This document shows, piece after piece, positions 37,068 to 46,649 of a DNA stretch of 64,000 nucleotides. Each line of letters starts with the position of its first letter. Positions within the stretch are counted from its first letter, which is position 1. The stretch comes from a virus (Duplodnaviria; Caudoviricetes). The position numbers and the translations under genes are program-made. The notes beneath the pieces are model-generated. The model saw only the letters and a list, made by a program, of their open reading frames with translations. It was not told the DNA's origin and did no database searches. The stretch is from the IMG/VR virus record IMGVR_UViG_3300020049_006942; one strand, given 5' to 3'.

Positions 37068-39319
37068 GCGGATGAAAGTGGATTCGTTAATAGATATTGT
37101 AGTTTTACACCAAGAAGGGATGCGTCCGCTGCGACGGTATCTCCGCCCGCACCGGGATTTCTATATACCCGAAATAATATAATACCATCATCTGATGTTG
37201 ATCCTGATGGAACTACATAAGACGATGCACTACTTAATTGGAAATAAGTGTCTCCCGAGGTTGAATCGGTAACTTCTTGTGCGGTTCCCCAAGCACCATC
37301 GACAGCATTAGTATCATTTAATGATCTGCATTGTATCCCCCAAACAACTCCACCCGTTGTGCTGACAGTACTCCAAGAAAATTTGGCTTTTATGCTTTGT
37401 TTATTGCAATTATTTGGTAATGATATATTAAACTGAGTATATTCAAGTGATCCTGCATCGAAATTGAAACAATCAGAATATATATCATATCCGCCTCCTG
37501 TTATAGGCACTGTCACGGATTGTGCTCCTGATAATGTAGGCGATAACATTGCCCCTGCGCCTATCCATACTTCCTCTACCGTAGGCGGAAGTATGGCCCA
37601 CGATGCCGAAGAAGAATAGACAGTATTATGCGTGTCGTTCCATTGCGTAGAGTTTCCCCCAGTTGCACTAATAACACCGACTACTGTTAATTTTGTATTA
37701 GGGGTAGTTGTTCCAATTCCTATATCACCAGCAGTGGTTATTGCCATCTGGGTAACTCCACCTGTTATAAGTTCCATAGGACGTGCCAATCCGCCCGCAG
37801 AACCGAATGATGTACCGAATCGGAACGTGTTCGCAGTTGTTTTCCAATCTAAAATAGCTGATTCGTAGTTTGTTGTAGAAGTATATGTGTTTGCAACTCT
37901 TAAACGTGTTGCACTCGTTGCACCCGCTTGTAACATAATATCACATGCGGAAATACGTTTAAATGATGTTTCCATAGGTACAATACTATATGAGGCGGTA
38001 TGCCCTGTCCAACCAAGATCGACATTTGATGATATTTTCACCGCATTAGCCTGTAATCCCATTATATATGTGTCACTTGCCAATAATACTAAACCATTGT
38101 TATCATGTCCTATACGAGCCTGATAACCCGCCCCGCCCCCCGTGAATAATACATGGTTACATACATTTACATATTGTCCAAACCATAGTACTGCTCCACC
38201 CATATATGTATTACTACTGTATCCTCCGAAGAATCTCGGAGGATTTCCAAAGTTCGTTGTTGCCGTTGCAACAACATTGACTTTAATCGCATCAAAAGCA
38301 ACTGATGCATTATTCCATTCTTGATGTAGTGTGATGACAGGGGAATATGCTGAAACTGGTCCCGATGATAATGTTATACATCCCGCACCGGTCCCAAGTG
38401 TCGTTCCTACAGAGCTTCCCCGAATTCCGCCAAATTCCGTAGAGTTTAGACGGTATTGTATCTCTGTCGAATTCCCTGATGGTGTGGACGTTGCGAGATA
38501 GGATGCACTATTAGATAATAAATTTGTATATGACGATTGCCAGTTTCCAGATATATCTTTAATATCGGTTCCTTGATAATTCCATGTAACAGAAGAATTC
38601 GAATTTACAGTGTTATATGCCTCTGACCAATTCGAAGACGCACTGTTTAATAATGTCATATCAGGGGACGATAGATATGCTGCACTATTTGATATTAAAT
38701 TCGTATATGCTAAATTATGATTTGCAGAATATGTATTGGCCCATGTTGTGAAAATTGGATCGCTTTCGGTAATTGGTTCGGAACCAGATAATATCCATAA
38801 TGCACTGTAATTTTGTACAGTATTAGATATAACGAGGTTGTTTGCACTGTTGGTGTTAACGTGGTTGTATGTGGCATTCCAGTTAGATGATAAACTGTTT
38901 ACCGTATTATAATCGGATTTGAAGCGGGTAACGTCGGCAGATTGTAAGTTTTCAATTACAATATTGTTATCGTTTAGAAAATTAATTGTGCTGGCCCCGA
39001 CATATAGAGTTCCTGTTGATAATGAGGGTGCGCTCAGACCTCCAAGCATCGTATCACCACTCAGATTGACATATCGAATATCGCCGTTTTGTATGGTCAA
39101 ATAATACCCACTATTAGAACTGTAGGCATTATATGTTGCATTATGATTAGCACTGTATGTGTTAGCCCATGTTGTAAAGATTGGATCAGTCTCAGCAGAA
39201 GCAAACCCTGATAATTCTTCTGCAACAATAGCACTTACTCCTGAAACAAAATCGGTAATATCATCTGTCGTGTGAGTATGGGATACGGTTCGTACTGTTA
39301 GTTTTTGGCAATTGGACAC
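37061..39319 (-). CDS. Tail fibre protein (GTG start)
   Basis: HTHTTDDITDF, YVNLSGDTM, repeated NW..Y..V..NS helices, GDIGIGTTTP..KLTV; TATAAATA 5 nt before GTG. Confidence 0.8.
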   Translation of the reverse strand: MSNCQKLTVRTVSHTHTTDDITDFVSGVSAIVAEELSGFASAETDPIFTTWANTYSANHNATYNAYSSNSGYYLTIQNGDIRYVNLSGDTMLGGLSAPSLSTGTLYVGASTINFLNDNNIVIENLQSADVTRFKSDYNTVNSLSSNWNATYNHVNTNSANNLVISNTVQNYSALWILSGSEPITESDPIFTTWANTYSANHNLAYTNLISNSAAYLSSPDMTLLNSASSNWSEAYNTVNSNSSVTWNYQGTDIKDISGNWQSSYTNLLSNSASYLATSTPSGNSTEIQYRLNSTEFGGIRGSSVGTTLGTGAGCITLSSGPVSAYSPVITLHQEWNNASVAFDAIKVNVVATATTNFGNPPRFFGGYSSNTYMGGAVLWFGQYVNVCNHVLFTGGGAGYQARIGHDNNGLVLLASDTYIMGLQANAVKISSNVDLGWTGHTASYSIVPMETSFKRISACDIMLQAGATSATRLRVANTYTSTTNYESAILDWKTTANTFRFGTSFGSAGGLARPMELITGGVTQMAITTAGDIGIGTTTPNTKLTVVGVISATGGNSTQWNDTHNTVYSSSASWAILPPTVEEVWIGAGAMLSPTLSGAQSVTVPITGGGYDIYSDCFNFDAGSLEYTQFNISLPNNCNKQSIKAKFSWSTVSTTGGVVWGIQCRSLNDTNAVDGAWGTAQEVTDSTSGDTYFQLSSASSYVVPSGSTSDDGIILFRVYRNPGAGGDTVAADASLLGVKLQYLLTNPLSSAW

Positions 39320-39354
39320 AATTATATTTATACAATATAATTGTAAATAATTAT

Positions 39355-39558
39355 ATGAAATACATTACCATACTTCTTGATTTGTTTAAAGGACTTGGTG
39401 TTCTGATTGACTTTTTTATTGCAAAGAAAAATAAAAGTGCCAGAATCAAGGAAGTTGCCCAGATCGAAGAACTTAAAAAAGAAACAATCGCAATTATCGA
39501 AAAGAAAGAGTTAAAATCAGATGATATCAATAAACTAAACGAAGGATTGAAATTTTAA
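39355..39558 (+). CDS. Small N-anchored coiled-coil protein, possible i-spanin
   Basis: Hydrophobic N-terminus then charged helix; own late promoter. Confidence 0.45.
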   Translation: MKYITILLDLFKGLGVLIDFFIAKKNKSARIKEVAQIEELKKETIAIIEKKELKSDDINKLNEGLKF

Positions 39559-40806
39559 TTATTCAAAATCAGATAGTTTAAATACCTTCGATTTCTGTGG
39601 TATACATGTTGTATAATCAGAGGAAAGAAACCAATACCACTTTTCAGGTTTTTCGGGAGTAACCGCATTTCCATAGCCATCCGTGATTATCCACACAGCA
39701 TGTGGATATTTTATTCCATCACTTTTAATTATCTGTTGAATTTTATTTTCAATAATGTTAAAGACCGTTCCACCGCCCCCATAAACTCGGTTCGATTTAA
39801 TATCTAATTCCTCAACCCTTGTGTCAAAACAGAACAATCTTATATTAAACTTTTTAGGATTCAAACTACGGGCAGCAGAGAAAAACCTATTTTTTAAGCT
39901 ATAACATGACCCCGACGTGTCTAAGAAAAAGAAAACATCTAATTTATCTTTTACCAGATATTCGTCCATAACCTTGTGCTCGGTGGGAAGATGAATATTA
40001 TTTGAAATTATGTGTGAATAACGCGGATTTACTCTTTCCCATCTCTCCGAAGATTCGACAGTATCCTTTCGATGTAATGATTCCCATTTCTTTATAACAG
40101 TTTCCCATTTCGATTTAACCTTTCGAACAGCATCGACGGTGCTCCAACTACCATCGCCTGAACCGGCTGGCAGATCGTCCTTCATCGATTGTGGAATTTT
40201 ATTTAAAAAATCAGAACAAATATTTCCAAGTACTCCAGAATCTATAAGATGTTTTTGAATTTTCTGTGCATCATCAGGGGTTAGAATAGTATGTTTATCT
40301 ATAGAGAAATATCCACCAGTGTCAATATTATCATCTTTCAATCGATTAAAGTAATATTCTGTACTCTCATCGCGTAAAACATCAGAACGGTTTTTGAAAA
40401 TAGTGTCCATCCAACAACCATTATCATCTAATCGTTGCAACAATTCACTACGATTGAAATCAAAAGAATTGACCAATGTCTCGTTTATAACAACATCGGC
40501 AGCAGTATTCATTTTGGAAAAATGTTCTGTATTGTAATATTCACGAAACCGAACACCATGTTGAAGTATTATATGCAGCATTTCGTGACATATCAGGAAT
40601 AATCTAGTATGTTCATTTAGACTATTCCAGAAGCTTCGATTAATTAATAGGTTTAATGCATTTCCATCGGAATCAAATGTGATTGCGGCAGTGTCTAAAT
40701 CGGGGAAATCATCGACTATCGGATTACCTATATCCCAAAAACTTCTAAAGAAATAATGATGTTTTTGGAGTTTTTGCGCAATATCAAGTTTTTCTAGAAT
40801 ATCCAT
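39559..40806 (-). CDS. DUF2201 metallopeptidase + VWA domain protein
   Basis: CHEMLH (HExxH), N.AAD..IN, DTSGS MIDAS, GGGT, ITDGYG. Confidence 0.85.
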   Translation of the reverse strand: MDILEKLDIAQKLQKHHYFFRSFWDIGNPIVDDFPDLDTAAITFDSDGNALNLLINRSFWNSLNEHTRLFLICHEMLHIILQHGVRFREYYNTEHFSKMNTAADVVINETLVNSFDFNRSELLQRLDDNGCWMDTIFKNRSDVLRDESTEYYFNRLKDDNIDTGGYFSIDKHTILTPDDAQKIQKHLIDSGVLGNICSDFLNKIPQSMKDDLPAGSGDGSWSTVDAVRKVKSKWETVIKKWESLHRKDTVESSERWERVNPRYSHIISNNIHLPTEHKVMDEYLVKDKLDVFFFLDTSGSCYSLKNRFFSAARSLNPKKFNIRLFCFDTRVEELDIKSNRVYGGGGTVFNIIENKIQQIIKSDGIKYPHAVWIITDGYGNAVTPEKPEKWYWFLSSDYTTCIPQKSKVFKLSDFE

Positions 40807-40807
40807 T

Positions 40808-42418
40808 TTAAATTATTTGTTTGAGTGTGTTATCCGAAGAAAATACACTTATCATTGCTCTAATATCTTTTAACTTTTTCAAGAACTCTTCTGGAACAGG
40901 TGTTTGATTATTTTGGGAAGATTTACCTAAAAGAAATTCGGTAAAATCTTCAATACGATTAATTGATAATTTATCTTTATATTTAGATATATCTTGAATA
41001 AAGGTTTGTAGCTCCGATTTGGATAAAGTTTCTTTTGCCATCACACATGCAGTACCAAATATTGGTAGAAATTGTTTGGTTGATGAAATTGTTCCTTTTT
41101 GCATAGAACTCAAACAACTGATTACAAAGGTAATAACTTGGCGCTTGTTTTTAATAACATGAATACATTTTCCCAAAATATCAATTAATTTTCGGCGTTC
41201 CTGTGTATTCATATTTATGTTGGTAGTGGTGCTATATGTGTTTATATTGATGAAGCTGGATATCGGATAAACATTACTGAAATTATCCACACCAGACCCA
41301 TATCCAGATAATATATCGATTGTAGGGAACGGTGCTGCATTACCGATGAAACTGGAAATTGATTCTTCTTTTGGTGGAATATACTTCTGTTCTTTTAAGA
41401 CCTTTATAAGCTTTATCATCTCCATGTTGGGGTTGGACGATGCGATTTCAAGCACTTGATCTATATAGTATTTCTCGTTCTTACATACTTGATAGATTGT
41501 ATAGTTTGAAAAGTTCTCATTTGTTTTGATTTCATCTGCAACAAACTCCTTTTTAGCATGTTTCCAATATTTCCAATATCTAGGTTCTTTCAACTTACTC
41601 TTATATTTTAGGAAATTCTTATCATTTTTGATAAAATCAATCATGTCGTCATCGTTTGGATTTTCAAACATTCTCTTGATCATTTCCTCTGTTTCATCAG
41701 AAGATAGTTTTTTAATTAAGTCAACTGGATTGGCTGAAACAGGTAGAAGAAACTTAACATCCAATCCTTTTCTAAATGATTGACCTATGTAATCCAGTCG
41801 GCGTGGACTTAGAATCTTCTTTGATTCCTTTGATTGCTCTTTCCACCAATCTACTAGTACTTTTCCATGATATTCGCCGAACTGACTTTTAAAATATTTT
41901 AAATCTGGTTCGTTTGGAAGTTCTACTATGATATGAAATCGATCCAATTGGGCAGGATCAAGTTCATCCACATCATAATCCAAAGAATCAGCCTCATTTT
42001 CGTCTTTTGGCGGATTGACTGCTCCCCATACTATCTTCAAATTCGGAAATTTTCTTCCATTTATAGACTTAAATTGCTGTAATTCAAGTAATGCATTGCG
42101 AACAACCTTGTTTGTTCTGTTCCACTCGTCGCAGAATATGGCCTGCACATCATTATCAAGATTCTCTGGAAGAATAAATTCCATTTTCTCTGTCCCGTCT
42201 TCTTGCACTTTAGCCTTTGGAATGCCTAATAAATGAATCCACGGGTCTAGGGTGGCACCGGAAAAATAGGCATATTTAAGATTATTACGATCAAATGCAT
42301 TTAAGATTTGCGCAGATTTACCAACACCTTTCTCACCAATAAGAAGAACATTGACATCTGCACTAATCCACTGGTCTAAGAGTGAATCATTTAACTTACA
42401 TTTATGGAATTTTAACAT
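40808..42418 (-). CDS. MoxR-like AAA+ ATPase
   Basis: GEKGVGKS Walker A, FCDEWNR Walker B, AVNP, LDPAQLDRF, SPRR. Confidence 0.88.
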   Translation of the reverse strand: MLKFHKCKLNDSLLDQWISADVNVLLIGEKGVGKSAQILNAFDRNNLKYAYFSGATLDPWIHLLGIPKAKVQEDGTEKMEFILPENLDNDVQAIFCDEWNRTNKVVRNALLELQQFKSINGRKFPNLKIVWGAVNPPKDENEADSLDYDVDELDPAQLDRFHIIVELPNEPDLKYFKSQFGEYHGKVLVDWWKEQSKESKKILSPRRLDYIGQSFRKGLDVKFLLPVSANPVDLIKKLSSDETEEMIKRMFENPNDDDMIDFIKNDKNFLKYKSKLKEPRYWKYWKHAKKEFVADEIKTNENFSNYTIYQVCKNEKYYIDQVLEIASSNPNMEMIKLIKVLKEQKYIPPKEESISSFIGNAAPFPTIDILSGYGSGVDNFSNVYPISSFININTYSTTTNINMNTQERRKLIDILGKCIHVIKNKRQVITFVISCLSSMQKGTISSTKQFLPIFGTACVMAKETLSKSELQTFIQDISKYKDKLSINRIEDFTEFLLGKSSQNNQTPVPEEFLKKLKDIRAMISVFSSDNTLKQII

Positions 42419-42425
42419 ACTCCAT

Positions 42426-42454
42426 ACTATAGAGGGTTAATTACAGATCGTCAA
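42426..42454 (-). promoter_or_regulatory. sigma70-type leaderless promoter of the AAA-VWA operon
   Basis: TTGACG-17nt-TATAGT-7nt-ATG. Confidence 0.7.
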
Positions 42455-43694
42455 CAGTTATCTCTCCAAGTTCCATCAATTCCCGTATTCTTTCGATAAT
42501 AGTATCCCTATCTAAGATTGGTTCATCTTCTATTTGAATTATCTGTATAGTTTCGTCAAAAACAGCAGTATTTAAATCTTCTGTAGATATAAGGCCATTT
42601 AAATAAGGAAATTGTAATACACACCAATTATAATGTTCAGGGTCGGTTATAGGATATGGATTTTCGACACGGTTACATCTATTAGCATCTTCCGTAAGTC
42701 TACCCCATCCACATTTATTAACCGCAATAATATCAACAAATCCTAATCCTGATGGTGCTGGTATAGAAAAGGTTAGTTCGTTTGGTGTTTTATTAAATTC
42801 GTCCACCATAAGCCCGTTAAATGCAACATTTCCCGTTGATAAAGGATCGTACTCGGTTAAATTATACATTCCGTTGGATGCGGACACATATAAACTTTCT
42901 ACCGATTCGAAATTATATCCTTGAAGTGTTATACTCGAACTGGTACCAGATTTGATAAAATATGGCGCAACATATCGAAGTATAGGTCTTCCTGATAATG
43001 TATATGAATCGGTTTCGGTTGCAGAAGTATGACTTAGTAATGAATCATAATTACAATAAAAATTATCTGTGAAAATGTAATCAGTATCTATCTTGCATAT
43101 AGTTCCAACAGGAGATAATACTGATCTAAATAGCCATGTTTTTATTATAAAGTTTGCTTTTGCAGTAATTCTGTAGGATTTTGTGTTGTCTAACTCAGTT
43201 GGATATTCGACGGCAATATTATTATCCCACAACACCTCTGTTCTCATCTCTCTGCCGGTCTTAGGTTCTTTCCAAGAATATATAATATATGGATCACTAT
43301 GAACAGCAAAGTTTTGTAAAATTTGGTCTAAATCTGTCTGATATTTGGCTAAGATATTCATTTCGATATTGATATTCCAGGGGATAGATTTTAGATTTAC
43401 ATGCGATCCATCTGACTTTTTATAAACCATATCGTCAAGTTTATTTTTAACACGCTCATTATCTCTTCCCATACCAGTAACGGTAACAGCAACTATCGGA
43501 AATTTGACGGTATCAGTTTGCCCCTGCAAATCTTGTAATATTCGTGTCTTTGGTCCATATATATAGTTTACTTTTATCGAATCTTTAATAGCACCCGAAA
43601 CATCATCATACCGTTTAATAATAGTATCATCAAATGCAGATGCAAACATCTTCAAGTTAGTCGCTATTTCATTATGGAAGTTGTAATCATTCAT
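42441..43694 (-). CDS. gp15: Tail terminator/sheath stabiliser, T4 gp15-like, with C-terminal Ig-like extension
   Basis: F...F....IKR, IKV..YGPK, PW.I..M.I.AK...D.DQI.QN...PY. Confidence 0.8.
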   Translation of the reverse strand: MNDYNFHNEIATNLKMFASAFDDTIIKRYDDVSGAIKDSIKVNYIYGPKTRILQDLQGQTDTVKFPIVAVTVTGMGRDNERVKNKLDDMVYKKSDGSHVNLKSIPWNINIEMNILAKYQTDLDQILQNFAVHSDPYIIYSWKEPKTGREMRTEVLWDNNIAVEYPTELDNTKSYRITAKANFIIKTWLFRSVLSPVGTICKIDTDYIFTDNFYCNYDSLLSHTSATETDSYTLSGRPILRYVAPYFIKSGTSSSITLQGYNFESVESLYVSASNGMYNLTEYDPLSTGNVAFNGLMVDEFNKTPNELTFSIPAPSGLGFVDIIAVNKCGWGRLTEDANRCNRVENPYPITDPEHYNWCVLQFPYLNGLISTEDLNTAVFDETIQIIQIEDEPILDRDTIIERIRELMELGEITVDDL

Positions 43695-43700
43695 TTACTA

Positions 43701-43714
43701 CTATTTATAAATAG
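43701..43714. promoter_or_regulatory. Palindromic bidirectional late promoter
   Basis: CTATTTATAAATAG is a perfect palindrome giving TATAAATA on both strands, 7 nt from the gp15 ATG and 5 nt from the gp14 GTG. Confidence 0.75.
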
Positions 43715-43718
43715 ATGT

Positions 43719-44504
43719 GTGGCATACAATATTCCTACAGCTTTCAATCCGCAGAGAAGTTTTTCTTTCGACCCTAGTAATGAACGAAACAATTCAAGTG
43801 GAAATATATCACCAAATAATGTTGTTGATAATCCATATGTCCCTACCTGCGCAGATAATCAATCTGTAATGATTAGTAATCATCATCAACAAGTTCAGAG
43901 CTATGTCAACCAATTCGGTCAAACCATATCATATCAACCAGTAAAATATAATTTCAATACGCATAATTTCTTGTACGGCGAAGACCCTACCAGTGGTTAT
44001 CATTATGCAAGGAAAATGAAGGCTATAGTCGATTTTAAAAGTTATACCACATTCTTGACTAAATTTGGAATAATGAGCGATGCCGAATTAATCATCTATA
44101 TACCCATTGCAGCATTTGAGAGTGTGTGGGGACCGTCGAAAGGCGTAGTGTTTCCACTTGCAGGTGATATATTTACCATCGACAATTCTTCATGTGATAG
44201 ACCATTGGGCCAAACTCCGATGTGCTGGGAAGTTTTAGAAAAAGAGGATAAAATAAATCCAACTGATTTCATGGGTCGGCATTTCTATTGGAGATTGACA
44301 TGTAAACGTTTAGACTATTCATACGAACCAGGAGTAACACCAGAACGATTCTTAGATGAATCTACAGGTGATTCTGGTGAATTCGGAAGACTTGCTGGAG
44401 GAGATAATCCAGAAGAACTCGGAACAGGGTCGGGCGATGCAGATAAATTTGCAAAAACCGAGTTCGAATCGCCTAATACAGGAGTATATGGAAATTATCT
44501 ATAA
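43719..44504 (+). CDS. gp14: Neck protein, T4 gp14-like (start reassigned to GTG 43719)
   Basis: FG..I.Y, LYGED, LTKFGI..D.E, P.AGDI, WRLTCKRLDYS.E. Confidence 0.8.
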   Translation: MAYNIPTAFNPQRSFSFDPSNERNNSSGNISPNNVVDNPYVPTCADNQSVMISNHHQQVQSYVNQFGQTISYQPVKYNFNTHNFLYGEDPTSGYHYARKMKAIVDFKSYTTFLTKFGIMSDAELIIYIPIAAFESVWGPSKGVVFPLAGDIFTIDNSSCDRPLGQTPMCWEVLEKEDKINPTDFMGRHFYWRLTCKRLDYSYEPGVTPERFLDESTGDSGEFGRLAGGDNPEELGTGSGDADKFAKTEFESPNTGVYGNYL

Positions 44505-44522
44505 ATATATCTAAGTAAATAT

Positions 44523-45203
44523 ATGATAATTGAAAGAAAACTTATTGTTGAACAGCCTAATTACGATCTTGAGTTTGCATTTGAACAAACCAATCGCGAT
44601 GAGTCTAAAAGACTGTACATCAAAGGCCAATATATAATGATGAACCGGGGAAATAAGAATCGTCGAATTTATGAAGAAGACGAGATGATTCCTGCGGTCA
44701 ATACTTATATAAAAGAATATGTGTCCCAGAACAGAGGTGGCGGAGAATTGAACCACAGTTCCAATCCAGATGTGGATTTATCTAAATTAGCGGATAAGAT
44801 AATATCTCTTGAACGAGATGCACATGATCCTGATTATTATATAGGAAAATCTATGATTTTATCTACACCGTCTGGTAAAATACTTGAAAGCTTGGTACAT
44901 GATGGTGTAAAGTTTGGTAAAAGTTCTAAATGTTTAGGACAGATTTCAGAAAGTTCTGATGGATTTAATAGAGTAAAATCTCCCCTTATATTATTGGTCG
45001 ATAATGTTTTTGACCCTAGCGTTAGTACAGCTTTTGTAAATGGCATACTTGAAAATAAATCGTACATCATTGCGGATGATGGACATATCGCAGAAGCATA
45101 TGCCTCGCTTGAGAAGAAATTGTCTAAGTATCCATCACATCACAGAGATGATATTAAGAAACACATCCTAGAAAGTTTACAACAATTCCTTAAAAATATA
45201 TAA
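44523..45203 (+). CDS. gp21: Prohead core protease, T4 gp21-like
   Basis: LYIKG....N.NRRIY, GELNH, STPSGKI, GKSSKCLG, D.V.DPS...AFVNGILE. Confidence 0.93.
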   Translation: MIIERKLIVEQPNYDLEFAFEQTNRDESKRLYIKGQYIMMNRGNKNRRIYEEDEMIPAVNTYIKEYVSQNRGGGELNHSSNPDVDLSKLADKIISLERDAHDPDYYIGKSMILSTPSGKILESLVHDGVKFGKSSKCLGQISESSDGFNRVKSPLILLVDNVFDPSVSTAFVNGILENKSYIIADDGHIAEAYASLEKKLSKYPSHHRDDIKKHILESLQQFLKNI

Positions 45204-45204
45204 T

Positions 45205-45435
45205 ATGCGAGATTTAGAAACTATATACGAAAATATGACAGCAGATTTTTATTCATCTGGGCAAGATTCGCTAGAATTGCAGAATACAAAAAGTATAGCC
45301 AGTCACATAACAACTGTAGAAAGTTTAATAGAGAATATTCAAGATAAAAGATTAAGAGGACAACTCCGATTCGAAATAAAGTTCGTAAAGGATTATCTAA
45401 ACGATATAATCAATACAAAACATTCTAATGTATGA
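45205..45435 (+). CDS. Small putative head-internal protein
   Basis: MRDLETIYE^N tag, similar to 52305. Confidence 0.6.
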   Translation: MRDLETIYENMTADFYSSGQDSLELQNTKSIASHITTVESLIENIQDKRLRGQLRFEIKFVKDYLNDIINTKHSNV

Positions 45436-45632
45436 CACCACAATTTGATAAAATAGTTTCTAAACTTACTAAGAAGTATGGTCCGAAAGAAGTCAAGATA
45501 GGATTAGAAGTCGAAAAAGAACATGACGATGTTACTCATGGAAATCCTATTATGCGGGCCAAAATAGCAAAGGCTCATCTAAAAGAAGAGCCTCACTATT
45601 ATAAAAAGTTAAAGAAATTTGTTGAAAATTAA
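45432..45632 (+). CDS. DUF5661-like small protein
   Basis: GLEVEKEH...AKIAKAHLKE.P.YY.KL; MTPQFD tag. Confidence 0.7.
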   Translation: MTPQFDKIVSKLTKKYGPKEVKIGLEVEKEHDDVTHGNPIMRAKIAKAHLKEEPHYYKKLKKFVEN

Positions 45633-46123
45633 GTAAATTTTCTACGTTTATCAATCACCACAATAGGTGACATATCGTATTGTGCATTATGATTATTATA
45701 AAGCTTCCATTCATTTACTAGTCCGTTATATATATAATCATTTGGAACTGCACGTTGTTTATCATATGCATTCCATTCATGACCTAAATAATCTGCACAA
45801 AACTGTGCAATTGCACCGCTTCGGGAAATACCTGCTTTACAGTTAATTATTATGTTTTTATTCTTATGCTCTATAAGAAATGTGAATATTTCGTGTATAT
45901 CTTTTTCAGTCGCAGGGTGTGCATGTTCGTACTCTTCGCCTATAATAGGCACCGGCTCAGTTACATCCCAAAATTTTAATTTTATATTTGGACACGAATC
46001 CAATGATACACTCGATATATGGTCAAACCCCGGTTCATGGATAGAAATCCATGCATATTCATTCGGGTCTGCCTCCGCCCAATTTCGGGCAATAACTCTA
46101 GGAATATTATATACTGTTTTCAT
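45629..46123 (-). CDS. Cys-based (tyrosine/dual-specificity) phosphatase
   Basis: INCKAGISRS (CX5R) motif, F.D loop, PN motif. Confidence 0.85.
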   Translation of the reverse strand: MKTVYNIPRVIARNWAEADPNEYAWISIHEPGFDHISSVSLDSCPNIKLKFWDVTEPVPIIGEEYEHAHPATEKDIHEIFTFLIEHKNKNIIINCKAGISRSGAIAQFCADYLGHEWNAYDKQRAVPNDYIYNGLVNEWKLYNNHNAQYDMSPIVVIDKRRKFT

Positions 46124-46395
46124 TTATTAAACGATTCTACGGTTTGCATAAGTGTTGCCTTGGATATTACACCTACATGTCTCCATACTTCTTGATCGTC
46201 TTTATATAAAATAGTGGTAGGGACGGCATGAATTCCTAATTCATGTAAATCTTCTGGCTTCTCGTTATATGTGTTTTTTTCTTCATAAACTAAGGTATCA
46301 GATAATTCTGTAGAAATTTCTTTCAACACGGGGGATAGCATTTTACACGGTCCACAATAATCATGTCCATATTTTACTAATTTAAGTTTGTTCAT
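46120..46395 (-). CDS. trxA: Thioredoxin
   Basis: CGPC active site, cis-Pro AVPT; promoter TTGATT-17nt-TAATAT-6nt-ATG. Confidence 0.88.
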   Translation of the reverse strand: MNKLKLVKYGHDYCGPCKMLSPVLKEISTELSDTLVYEEKNTYNEKPEDLHELGIHAVPTTILYKDDQEVWRHVGVISKATLMQTVESFNK

Positions 46396-46462
46396 ATATC
46401 TATATTACAACACGTATCGAGGAAAATCAAATATTATCATAGCAACAGTAAATACATACATT

Positions 46463-46630
46463 ATGACTAATGAAGCACAGGCCAAAATTCAAAAATTGAT
46501 CTATAATGTGACTACCGAAAACCGTGCAGCGGCTGGTAGAGAATTAAAAGATATACTAGACACAAAGATTCGCGAGGCATTTCGTAGAGAATATGAGCAG
46601 ATAACCCAATCTTTCAAGGAAAATAAATAA
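46463..46630 (+). CDS. Small prohead core protein candidate (start reassigned to ATG 46463)
   Basis: Directly upstream of the scaffold; helical; AGTAAATA 8 nt upstream. Confidence 0.5.
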   Translation: MTNEAQAKIQKLIYNVTTENRAAAGRELKDILDTKIREAFRREYEQITQSFKENK

Positions 46631-46649
46631 TTTTATATAAATAACTAAT

